Of a stretch of DNA of 64,000 nucleotides, positions 25,778 to 37,877 are shown piece by piece. The stretch covers positions 968,323-1,032,322 of the forward strand of contig MU004194.1 of NCBI GenBank assembly GCA_010093605.1, read 5' to 3'. A program made the translations under genes and the position numbers. The first letter of the stretch is position 1; the number at the start of each line of letters is the position of its first letter. The notes beneath the pieces are model-generated. The model searched no databases. It saw only the letters and a list, made by a program, of their open reading frames with translations, and was not told where the DNA came from. Source of the stretch: Lophium mytilinum (Eukaryota).

Positions 25778-27731
25778 ATGTCAACCACAGTCCTACCTTC
25801 AGTTGCCCAATCCGCCCGATCCACTATCGAGTCCATATTCGGCTTCATCAGAGCCCAAGGCTCCTCAGACTACCTCGGGGAAGCCGTCTCTCAACTTGAG
25901 CACTCTCTCCAAGCCGCAGATCTAGCTCAGAAGGCTGGAGCAGACGAAGAGACTGTGCTCGCCACCCTGCTCCATGATATTGGGAGGTTCATTCGCCATA
26001 CCCCCGCAGCGGACGCACTGAAAGGTTTAGACGGTACGCGTATGAGGGCCGCCGAGCACGACGTCCTAGGCGAAGCCTACCTACGAAGTGTAGGATTCAG
26101 TGACAAGGTCGCGCAGCTGGTTGGAGCGCATGTCGTGGCTAAGAAGTATTTGACGGCGGTTGACGAGACGTATTTTGATAGGCTTTCTTCAGCGAGTAAG
26201 GAGAGTCTGATAGGCCAGGTAACACTCACCACCATTCAGGTGACTGTGTAGATGAATGACTGACTGAGCTTAGGGAGGCAAATTCACTCCGGAAGAGGCG
26301 AAAGCAGCGGAGAAAGACCCGCTGCTACAGCTGAAGCTTGCGGTTCGGAGATGGGACGACCAGGCCAAGGTTGCAGGTGCCAAAACACCGGATCTTGAAA
26401 GCTATAATGATCTTGCGGTCAAGTGTCTCATAGGTCTGTGGTCCCCGTGCGACGGTTTTCCTGTCCTCTGACTTTGGACAGCTTCTCGAAGTAAAGTAAC
26501 TTTACACTCACGTTCGTATCTCGTTCCGCGACGGCCGACTGTCGTCATCTGCGTTGATGGCTTCGATCCCTCATACCTGCAAAAGGGAATCGAAGATGGC
26601 ATCATCCCAACCTTTTCTTCTTTCGCGCACAACGGTTTTCACGAAACCGCAAAAGTCGCAATGCCGTCCTTCACAAACCCGAATAATGTCTCCATCATCA
26701 CCGGAGTGCCTCCAGCAATCCACGGCATAGCTGGCAACTACTTCCTTGACCGCGAGACGGGAAAGGAGATCATGATCGTAGATGACAAACTGCTTCGCGG
26801 TTCCACCATCCTTGAACAGATGTCTAAAGTCGGTGTACGCATAGCGGCTGTTACCGCGAAGGACAAGCTACGCAAGATCTTGACTCACGGCTTAACGCTT
26901 GATAAGAACGCTTCTGTCTGCTTCTCCGCTGAGAAGGCTGGGTCCTGCACGCTTGAAGAGAATGGAATCAGCGATGTGGAAGAGTTCGTGGGGCGACCAC
27001 AGCCGCCGCAGTTTTCAGGGGAGTTGTCGCTCTTCGTACTCGATGCGGGCATCAGACTGCTTGAGCAAGACCGAACAGATCTGTTCTATTTGACTTTATC
27101 TGACTTTATTCAACACACGCACGCGCCTAGAGAAGAGGAGTCCGATGAGTTCTACGCAGCGCTCGACGCTCGAGTCGCACGTCTGGTCGAGTTAGGAGCC
27201 AAGGTGGCAATCACCGGCGACCACGGAATGAGTGGAAAGTGCGGTGCGGATGGGAAACCCGATGTCGTTTTTCTCCAGGACGAAATCGAGGCCAGATTTG
27301 GACAGGGCTGCTGTCGCGTTATATGCCCTATCACCGACCCGTTCGTTCGACACCATGCTGGATTAGGCTCGCTGGTCCGCATCTACGTCGACAAGAACAG
27401 GACACAGGATGTAGACGCTATGATCCAGTTCTGCCGAAATTTCTCACAAGTCCAGATTGCGGTCAGTGGCGCAGAGGCAGCCGAGGAATACGAGATGCCG
27501 CTTGATCGAGAAGGCGATATTGTCGTTATTGCGTCACACCATGCGGTCATAGGAGCAACCCGTAAAGACCACAATTTGGACGATATCAAGGACCACAAGC
27601 TGCGCTCTCATGGAGGCCTGTCAGAGGCTCATGTCCCGCTCATGATGTCCGAACCTATGCAGCATGATGCGAGTTCAGCTGGGCGGCAATGGAGGAACTT
27701 TGACATTTTCGACCTGGTATTGAATCACTAG
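25778..27731 (+). CDS. phnZ-phnA: Fusion of PhnZ-like HD-domain phosphonate oxygenase and PhnA phosphonoacetate hydrolase (616 aa as modelled)
   Basis: Exons 25778-26218, 26274-26433, 26482-27731. HD part: YLGEAVSQLEHSLQ, LLHDIG, EHDVLG, HVVAKKYL, SLIGQGG, RRWDDQAK. PhnA part: VICVDG, PSFTNPNNVSIITG, SDFIQH, TGDHGM, PITDPFVRHH, LRSHGG. Confidence 0.88.
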
Positions 27732-29912
27732 CGGAGGCCTGACGTTTCGTTGCTGTTTTGAGGACTTGTTATTGAGGTGGGAATCTGTTCCGTAGTGTCC
27801 CAGGTTCCGATGTCCATCACGGGGTCGAAATCCATGGTATATGGCCAGGACGCAGTAGAGGAAAAGTCGTTATGCGAAGATAACAGGTCGAAATTCTGCA
27901 TATTGTCGATCCAGTTGAAGCCTCCGTCCAATGTTTCCGTATGCCCATGGTAGGCTTGTGACTCTTGTAGCATGCTAGCATGCGAGCCCGCGATTTGCGG
28001 GACGGTTGAGGGTCCCTCACATCTTTGCAAAAGCTTATCTACTCCTTCAGCAATAAATCGGAGTAAGTGTTGGCGATGCATCTTCGCCGCGGCCTTGCGG
28101 AGAACAGATGCCATGTCCTTTACAAGGGGCAGGATGTCTACACTACCAGTCCGTACGCTTCGCGAGAATTTTGTCGCCACTTTGAGGAGGAAGACGACGG
28201 CGAAAGCAATCATAGTGTCAAAGTAGAGAGGGAGACCATGAAGGTGAGATTGCACGCTCTTGTGATGAATGATTGTGCGCAGGATAGACTTGGCAGAGAC
28301 GACTGCAGCATTCGCTATCTCCTCCATGTCAGGGTGTAAGTCGTGCGAGTCCGAAGTTACGCCCCGGAATGCAAGTGAGCAGAGGAAAACCTTGGCGAAG
28401 TGGAAATGTAGTCCTACTCCTATTTGTGAGTAGTCTCCAATAAGGGCATGGGTTTTTAGGCTCTCGCTCCAGTCTGCGCGCCAGGTGTCTAGCGAAATCA
28501 TCAGTCTGTGTATCTTTGGAAGATGATCTAGAGAGATTGGTTTCTCTACGTCGACCCCAAAAGTTTCGAAGACGGAGCTGGATATACGCCAGATGTTGAT
28601 TTGGCTGACTAGTCTAGCATCATCCTCGCATGCGTGCTTCGTGGCTAGAAACCGAGACGCAGATCTGATCGAATCGCATTCTCTTGACATCGATGGGCGG
28701 CCATATGCCACACTAAAGTGGTGATCGCAAACGTACACTAAGTAGTATAGTCTCGTCTCGTAATAGCTTCGCAGGTCGTCTTTGAGAGCTGTATTGATGC
28801 TGCGGTGAAGCTGAAGTTGAGTAGCAAGTCGAACAGCTACGGTAACATGTTAGTAAAGTCCCATATTTCCATTCCGTTCCGAATTTACTTACCACTTGCT
28901 ACAAGACTCCAAGAGATTTCGCTGAGCCAGAACGCACCAATACATAAACCTCTGATGTCGTCCAATCTGTTCTCATTCAGAAACATCTGAGCGGCACAGC
29001 GATCCATAAAGCCTTTGTAGCAGCGCTCATACAAGTGTCCTAATTCGGCAGAGTGCAAAGCGCCAACCGTACAAATTCCCGCCAGGAGAAGAGAAGAATC
29101 AAACCTGATGGCATCGAGGTCCTTGTGCTCCCCCAAAATCTGATATAAAAAGTGGTCTAGGCGATTTGAGTACAGCTCTAAGAGGGTTTGGGCTTGGTCG
29201 TAGGTCAACACGCCCTGGTCAATCAGATCTGGTCCGACTCGTGTCCTTCCAGGAGGCCTCGCATATGAAGTGTGTTCTTCAACGCAAGCAGCGGGGATTG
29301 TAGCAGGTCCGCTCTCTTCGTCCATTACTACTTCCCAAGACTGATCGCTTGGGGCGCGAACTGGTGGTGGCATGGTGACAGACGATGGCCGCACGCCACG
29401 TCGTTTGTCTGTCCGAGGCTCTTGAGAGAGAGGAATGCTAGAAGCTTCTGTATTGGGAGGTGTGTGAGACTTGTGCAGTCTTCGCTCCCCTCGAAGCTCA
29501 GCTAAAGAGCCTTCTAGCCTCTGAATCTTACGTGTGATGGAAGTTTTCCAGCTTTGATATATTAGCCCATGCGGTGCGACATGTTTGGCTAGAGGTTTAC
29601 AACGTACTCTGCGTCTTCTTCCAGGAGCATTTGAAGACTGCGATTGACTGTGCAAGATAGGCCTCGCTTCTTACACCGTAAACACGGGGCTCGTCCATCC
29701 CGCATGTTACATTTAATCTACCACTCCATCAGCGAGTGTGAGTGACGAGGATGCCTTTGGTCTTGAACCTTTTGCTTACGACAGGCGACGCAGGCAGTGA
29801 TTTTTCTGCTGATATCCGGGACTTTCCTGTCCCCAAATAGCTCTCGGAGTCCACCCCCATCTACCGGCAGAGAGATAATCTCCATTGGTTCGTCATCATC
29901 AGAACCTGCCAT
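27728..29912 (-). CDS. Zn(II)2Cys6 fungal transcription factor
   Basis: After splicing near 29718-29768 the cluster reads CVACRKQKIKCNMRDGRAPCLRCKKRGLSC; middle-homology region YVCDHHFSVAYGRP; ATG at 29912 preferred. Confidence 0.92.
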
Positions 29913-30063
29913 GACCTGATCCAGTCTCAAGTGTCGGCAGAGCGCCGAATGCGGTGTGACTTTCCTCCAGATCTCCCTGACTGTATTTCAAAGAATCAGG
30001 GGACTGCCGATGCGTAGTCGTGAGAGATGTGGGAAGAGAACACGACGTTCATCCAACGAGATG

Positions 30064-30671
30064 ATTTGTCGAATTCAAAATAGCAGAGACCGCTTGGCGC
30101 TTTTTTCTCGGCGTTCCTTACCAAAATTTGTGTATGAACAGCGGGGAGCACCGCCTTATTAAATAACAACCTTTTAACGTCCCTAGTAAGACTTGTTGCA
30201 TATGCTATATCTCTATATAAGAGTAGTTTCTTATAATTATAGTGCCTTAATTATCTCCCTAGTACCTATTCTAACTAGAAATGCGTCTCCTCCGCACGTA
30301 AGAAGAGCCTTGCAATTACTTAAGCGTAAAGATCACTATTAGTAGAAGAAGCGTAAGTACCTACAGTAAATAATATTAAGGCCTTAAGAACTTAAGAGAG
30401 TTTTAATTACTATAATATGTTGAAGTATAAATAGAAGAGCTCCTATATAAGGCTTAGAATTCTAGATACTAGATAATATTAGTATATAGCTGTATAGCAC
30501 GCATTTATAGCCTTACTCTAAACTAACTAGCCTTACTTTATATTATTTAAGGGGACGTTAAAAGGCTAACAGTTAATTAGGTGGTGCTCCCTGCGCTGCT
30601 TATATAAATTTTGGTAAGGAACGCCAAGAAAAAAGCGCTAAGCGGTCTCTGCTATTTTGAATTCGACAAAT
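30064..30671. mobile_element. Non-autonomous terminal-inverted-repeat element (~608 bp, ~120-bp TIRs), RIP-damaged
   Basis: 30064-30183 (atttgtcgaattcaaaatagcagagaccgc...aacgtccc) is the near-exact reverse complement of 30552-30671. Many mismatches are C>T/G>A. The interior is very AT- and TpA-rich. No clean target-site duplication found. Confidence 0.85.
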
Positions 30672-31156
30672 TGATTCGTCATCGGACTTCGTACCACCGC
30701 CGACGCTCGGCTAACAACCTTCCTACAAAGGCACCATTATACAGTAAATTCATCTCCAACTCACGTCGCACCTCAAATCCTTTTTACTCCTCCCACGAAA
30801 TCGTTCACAGGACCAGCTAGCTAGCTTCTTCTCCTACGCATTACTCCATGCCGTTATCTCTAACCTCTACGATATTCTCCCTAAATTTATATTCTGACAC
30901 GCTTAACGACCAAACCTCGGTGCTTTGCTCCTACACCCCGCTTACAAAACCTTTTCTCGAGAAAGTATCTTACATTGGCCCTTCTACTCGCATCTTACCG
31001 CCCTCTCTAGTGATAAATTCAGCTTGAAATCTCCGTATTATTTGCCCGTCACTCTATATACACCGCGCTTGAATAACCCACGCCGTCGGCCTCAACATCT
31101 CAACTCCGTTTAGAGACACACTAGACTATGCCAGCAATTGCTTCCGTGAATGACCC

Positions 31157-34100
31157 TCACTCTTGGTGTAGATTAGCCTTGGGACTTGAATGCTCGGCGC
31201 CCTCAGGCAACCTCAACGCATCTCCCTCGGCTCTCATCGTGTCGATCGAATCAATTGCCTCATCGGCTTCTACGCTGCTTTCCCCCACTGCTTTCGCCTG
31301 CCTGATCTGTGCTTCGTCATGCGCATCATCGCTGCTCTCATCCCCAACCTCCACCTCATCGTCATCCGAGTCATCTTCATCTGCAGATAGCTTCGGCCCC
31401 GCCTCTGGCCTCCTCTTGCGTTCAAAATCTTGAGCATGTGCATTGTGCAGTATCGTCCCTACTCTCGAGAATCCGAGAGGTCCCGGTGATGGTCGGCCCG
31501 CACTCGAGGAATAAGTGCCGCGGCGGCGGCGATGGCCTGTGTTGGAGCGAGTTCGGGAAGCTTCGAGATCAACACCGCTAGTACGAGCTGCGGTGGCAAC
31601 ACGGCTGAGGGCAGACACAGAGGGAGATGGGCCCCCGTCTTGTTGGCCGGCCGTCGACGGATGATGTGATGTGGGGCGGGTGGATATATCTGGGGAGCTT
31701 GTGACAGAAGGAAGCTCGTAGGGTAGAGGAATGTCTCTGGATGCTCGGAAGCGGCCGACGCTTTAAGGGTTATCAGTACGATTCTTGACAATATGTAGTT
31801 TTTAGGGGAGTAGAGAAGGGGCATACTTGGTGCAATGTTCGTTTTCGACGCGAAACACGCTCCACATGCCTCTTCGGAATACTTCAGAGAAGGCAACTAC
31901 GAAGGACAGGACAGCAGAGTGCTGGAGCTCGATGGGATAAATGGCGTAGAATATCCAATTAAATCGAAGGATAGGATCGAGGACCATTGCGACGTAATAC
32001 ATCCAAACCTTTTTATACCCTAGGGTGTCGCGGAGGAACCTGTTTTTGGCATATGGATTGCCGAGACCTGGGACATTAGTACTAGTATTGGAAGGCCGTG
32101 ACTTCGTTGACTTACTCCAATCCATGATTACATCCCATATACCTAAGTGTGTCAGAGGCTTGGTCCCTAGTATATAGGGCGGGGAACTCACTGCAATAGA
32201 TCGCATTGATTGTAGCAAAGACGATGAAAGCGGCACGATGGTGCGGCGTTTTGCCAATACGATAGATGCTCAAAGTCACGTAAAATAGGATGGTAGCGAT
32301 ATACTTCCCGCAATTCACCAGATGCGGAAATATATTCCTGGTATCGTAATAACGTCGGATGCATTGCAGCGCTCGCCAAACACCAGGTAGGGCGGCAAAG
32401 AACCCTAGAAGGCGAGAGTGCGTCGAGTTGCACTGACCGGGATTGTTCCATCCATTGGCGTAAAGGCAGAAGAAGAGTTCGATATTCTGTAATTCGCGTC
32501 AGAACCTGAAGAGATGCAATTGGGCTGGATACACATACTCCCATGCTGTATGTAAGGGAACAGAACATGTCTCCAAGGAAGAAGTCTCTGAACTCTACTG
32601 GATACAATCCAGCAAGAGCGAGTCGCCACTGTCTAACTTTAGTGAGCGTTATAGAAACGGGGATATATACTAACCAGGGAGTAAAGGAACCATTTACGAG
32701 TTCGGTGGTAGAGCATCCGGGCAGGGAAAAACAATATTATCGCGGTGATGCCGATCAGAATGACTGGATAGTATATATACAGGGAATCACTTCCAAATTG
32801 GCTAAAGTTGAGCCACAGGAATATTCCAAGAAGAAACAAGAATGCGCAGGGAAGCTATGATCTGATGAGTATTGGAGGAGGGTGGATTGATGTTATACTC
32901 ACTTCAGCCAGTTGCCTCCAGTCAAGGTGGTGGCGGGTATCAAACTCGAAGACGAAAGCAAAATTAATTTTGCTAGTCTGCCAAATTCTGCAGACCAGGC
33001 AAAACAGTAGCATCAAGAACACCATGAGAAAGTATCCCGCGTAAATCTGCTGTACGTTAGCTTGCTGTAATAATAGCATGTTCGAGGAATCGTTACCTGA
33101 AGGAGGTAGCTAGTGTCGAGTGCTAAAGTTCGATCGGATGATTGAAGTAGTTCCAGTCCGTAAACAAGACCTTCTATCCCGAAGACCAGCCCTGCAGCTA
33201 CCATAATACCGTTACGGAATGAGTTATCCGTAAAGTCACCGGCTCGGGCAGTCTTGATTCGCAGTTTTCCAACAGCCACTTTATGGTTGCCTTGTTCAAA
33301 GTAACGGGCATACAGATCTTCAACGGCATGTATGTAGCCATCCAATACTTCGCTTTGAACGAACCAAGCCTTGTTGACTTTTTCCGTCATGTAGCGCCCA
33401 GATGGCCTGGCATTCACAGCCTTGTCATATTTCTTTGTGATCTTGCGGAATGCTGTTCGGTTGAGTAGAGAATAGGATTTGAGCAATTCTAGTCCTCGGT
33501 AATACTCTTGGAGTGCAGTCTTGAGTTTCCTCTTGGCACTCCTGTATGGAACTTCGGATAGAACGGGTCGACGAGAGTAGTCCCGGCGGTCATCTACAGG
33601 TTCCTTGGGTTGCAGTGCCGAGGGCGTTCCCAGCTCCTTCATTGCTTTGGTTCCCTTTCCAAACCGACCCGACTTCGCTGCTTCCAGGGCGGAGTCGAGG
33701 GGTTTCATCCAAGAAGCGTTCATGATTCCGCTCTTGTGATCTGAGTCTGAGCTTGACCCCGGGGCGTTAAACAATAAGCTCTGGCCCTCCGAAAGCGTTT
33801 TCTTTTTGTTCAATTTCGCAGTCTGATGTGCAACTATCTCGTCCAAGCGACGATCTCGCATAATGTGTAATTGCTCTCGTAAAACAGCTAAGCGATCAGT
33901 AGCTTCGTCCTCTTTTTCTTTATAGAAAGTCTCGATTTTTTCTAATTGAAGATCCAAGAAGTTGAAGAACTCGGCTTGGCGAAAATCGAGTTCACGGTAA
34001 GATTCGAGCGGCAAATCTGGCACCCCTGTAGGTACTGATGTCCTTTTGGCGGACAACGAGAACATCCTCTTGACTAATGGGCGTGCCCCTTCTGTTCCTG

Positions 34101-34898
34101 GCATAGAATTTACCCGCTTCGGGGTGAATATACTCTTATATCTCTGAGGTAACGTAGACGCTTGACGATGTGGAGATTTCGTCTTGCCGACTTCAAAGGC
34201 ATTGGACGCACTCGGTGGTAGCTGAAAAGGTGGCGCCTTCGCGCTTTTGGTGGGGACTCCGTAGGGCTGTTTGAGACTCGCATGGTCAGGATCTAGCGCG
34301 GGATCTGGCAGCTCCAAATCTGGCGGCTTCTGGTCTTTGCTGTGGTGTCTTTTATGGTCCATTCCCTGCGCCGTAGGACTCCCAATTATACTCCCATATC
34401 TTGTCATGTGTGGAAACCCCGGTTCGTCGTCCTCTCTCAATGGCTGCTCTTCCGGATCGCGCAAATTATATCGAGCCTGCAGCGGGCTTTTCCCATTCCC
34501 CTTGGACTTCAGGCTAGAACTGCCATTGCGTATAGAGGCGCTCCTGCGATCCAGCGCACCTTCATGCCCACCATGTTCACGCCCCGAACGTGAGCGATTC
34601 AAGAAGGAGTATGTCGGCGCGGTCGCAGAAGGGTCGGGGATGAGGGTGTTGCCTCTCTGACGGTTACGTGGGGTTTGGCTGACTGCTTTCACGGCTCGCG
34701 AGACATCTTTTAGCTTCTTCTTGCCCAACTGTAGAAACAAGACGTCAGCATCTGAGACCAGGGAATGAGGGCGGAAGTCGAACCTTGTAGTCGAGGTATT
34801 TGATCCTCCATTCTGGAACACAGTCCCGCTCAAGCTCCCTAGAAACAATTAGGGCTGCCTTGATCCCCTGGAGGAATTGCGTACTTTGCGAATTTCAT
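31157..34898 (-). CDS. SYG1: SPX-EXS domain protein Syg1/XPR1 (phosphate export/sensing family)
   Basis: MKFAK|ELERDCVPEWRIKYLDYK and LNRTAFRKITKKYDK (SPX); YPVEFRDFFLGD, WDVIMDWS, FRVENEH (EXS); many introns. Confidence 0.95.
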
Positions 34899-35380
34899 TT
34901 TGTCGTTGCTTTAGGTTTCCGCGAGGAAATGTACAGCGCCAGTAAGTTGGGTCCGACCTCGACACAACAGCGTCATTAGAGGTAGAGGTAGAGACGGTAT
35001 GCAAGGAGCGTTGAGGGTATGTAGGTGGTGCCGCATAGGGACGCGTGAATTTCTCGCGACAATTGATGGCGAAGTTTCAGGAGTCGTGGAGGGACCGCAT
35101 TCTGACAGGTGCGGGGGCCATCTCCCAATCCCTGCCCAAGCCGTCGGGACAACGTCATTTGCAAGGGCCCTTGAAAACCTGCACACCAGAAACAACATCG
35201 TGAATTCACAAATACCGTTACACCTCAACGCATCACTTGCACGTAGAAGCTGTCATTTTGTTCATGGTTTGATATAGATCTAATAGACTGGCGGGTCTGG
35301 TTGCAACTCGCCGTCGGCCATCTATCAAACGTCTCCCACCAGTCCCTGAGGCTTGGAAGTGAAGCTATTCTGCATCCTTT

Positions 35381-35914
35381 CTACCAGTTCTGGTTCTGGA
35401 TATGTTGTGGGCGGTCGTATTGGTTGGGGTCATACTGATCGGCACCCTGGTCCTGAACGTAATGCTGGTCGTACAGCTCCTCAGCGTTGCGCTTTGCTTG
35501 GCGCTTCGTCTTCTCCTTGTCGAAGTAGTCCTCGCCCTTGGTCTCGGCGAGTTTGTCGACCTCTGCGCCAGCAAAGCCAGCGAGGACCTCCTTGGCGAAC
35601 TGGTGAGAGACGGGCTTGCCTGCTAAGCGTTAGTCAAGCGCCGGTGATGAGTGGACCGGAACGGCACGCCCGAGTGGACATACCCTCGTTGCGTTGGTGG
35701 TCCTCGAAGGCCTTGAAGCCGGCGAAAGCGGCGCCACCAGCTAGCACTTCGTGGCCGAAGCTTGCGGTGTTCTGCTGGTCCTCATTGTAGACCTGATTGT
35801 AGTTGTCCTGAGATTCTCCTGTACGCAAGCTCGCGGTCAGTCACGCCGCGCAATTGGAGAAGCTGGTAAGCGGGGTAGTAGAAGACAAGGGTGCATACCC
35901 CAACCGAAAGGCAT
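35381..35914 (-). CDS. cipC: CipC-like (DUF3759) small fungal stress protein
   Basis: Spliced MPFGW|G...FGHEVLAGGAAFAGFKAFEDHQRNE|GKPVSHQFAKEVLAGFAGAEVDKLAETKG...; stop at 35381-35383. Confidence 0.9.
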
Positions 35915-36669
35915 GATGTCTGATTTGAGAAGTTTGGTTTAGGTGAGATAGTGGTAGGTAGTAGTATGTCTGGTTGTTGAAGCAAGTGAGGAATTGTGAT
36001 AGCAGGTCGACTGTCAAGCTGACGGCTCTTGCTATTTATCCTGCGTCTTGAAACCAGCTCGACCGCAGCTGTGCCCCTCTTTCGTCATCTAGCTCTTTCC
36101 AGCCCGTCCGGCGCATCGAAGACGTACACAGGTGGGGCACTTCAGCTGTTCAGGGTCCAATGGTGGTGGCCGCAGCATGGGGTGAAAGACCTCTGGACCG
36201 TGAGAGACAGTGGCATCTGCGTTAGCTCTAAGCGGGCTGGCACGCCGCTGAGGGGCATGCGACGTCAATTGGCTCCTGCGTCATGCTTCTGAAGCCATCA
36301 TGCGATGGAGGTGAGGGGCGGATCCCTGTGAATGCTGCATCAATCGCGAAGCTTGGACGTCGAAGCACGCAACAAAGCTCAGCCAAGTGCTTGGTAGAAG
36401 CTTGACCCTGATGCAACACCTCGCAATTCCAAGGCAAGAAGTCGTCAGGGTGTCGCTGGAGTGCTGTGACGTTGAAAACCATACGTAGGTTCAATTTGTA
36501 CCGTGCTTGGAGATGATATGACGCTGCCCAGACGAAGAGATCAGATTCACAGTCGTAACCCAAGCTTTTCTGACAGCTTGGCAGGGAAGTTGTGCGGGAG
36601 ATCTTCAGCGGGTGTGGAACCTCAGAAAGACGGCTACCATGCACGCAATAAGCTCGATATACGAACACA

Positions 36670-37453
36670 ATGCCAGGTCGTCTTCCGAAGAAGGACGACT
36701 TTCTCTCCACAATCACACTCAGCATCACCCCGCGTACGTATTGCTCCTGCCTCTGACGCTCTCGTCGTACTGACCTTACCAGCACCTCCCGCACACCCTC
36801 CAACTAACGTCCTGATCTTGCTACACGGCCTCGGTGACACCAACGCCTCGTTCACTACTCTCGGCCAGCGCCTATCCCTCCCCGAAACCGCCTGCATATC
36901 CATACAGGCCCCAAAGCCACTACCTTTCGACCTCGGTGGCTTCCACTGGGGCGATGACATCGTTTTCGACCAAATGTCCGGCGAGATGGACGTGGACACT
37001 GGCTTCAAATCTTCTACGCGTCTAGTCCTCGATGATGTGATACGCAAAGGCCTGGTCGAGAAATGTGGGTACAAGCCACGCGAAGTCGTAATCTTCGGAT
37101 TCGCACAGGGCGCCATGGTTGGACTTCAAGTTGCTGCTGAGCTTATAGAGAATGAACTGGGCGGCGTGATATCTATCGGAGGTGTCATTCCAGCCGGCGC
37201 CCCTCTCAAGGCATTGAATGAGAAGAGCAAAACACCCGTCATCGTGTGCAAAGGCTCGAAGAACTCCGCCGTTACACCGAGTGCTATAACCAGATTGAAG
37301 GACACATTCGAGTTCACAGAGGTCAAGGAATGGAAGAAAATCGGGGATGGCATGCCGAGCAATCGAGACGAGATGCTGCCTATTATGCAGTTCTTCGCCA
37401 GGAGACTCCGAAGTGTAAAGGGAGTACCAGCAGGCAGCGTGGAGATAACCTGA
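36670..37453 (+). CDS. Phospholipase/carboxylesterase (alpha/beta hydrolase) family protein with non-canonical nucleophile motif
   Basis: ATG 36670, intron 36734-36782; LLHGLGD, QAPKPLPF, FGFAQG. Confidence 0.85.
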
Positions 37454-37877
37454 ATACGAAGAAAGGCTAAATTTCTCTTTGATATCATTTAGCCTGCTCT
37501 TCGTCTAAGACGGGTTCTTCCCAAATCCTCACTCGGTACAAAGGGTATAGAGTATTCTGCCCCCATTTGCTGTGGAGCTTTGCCATTACGCTATCTCTCA
37601 CGCCAAACAGTGAAACTAGTAAACATCCCTCCGGCTGTAGTTGTCTACACATGTGACACACTCGCAGATACTAACGTTAGAACCATACTGGCAGAAAGTT
37701 ATTTTTGTTTCCAATTGTTTTGTCACGTGCTATATGACCGGGGTCTCGAGGTTAGCAATGACGTTAGGCGGGGATCTCACAACACTTCTTCCAATGACAA
37801 CAAATTTCTCAATTCCTCAACCCACGCCCCTAATTAAACATAACTCTCACCTCGGTAAATTCATATGCGACAACAAA

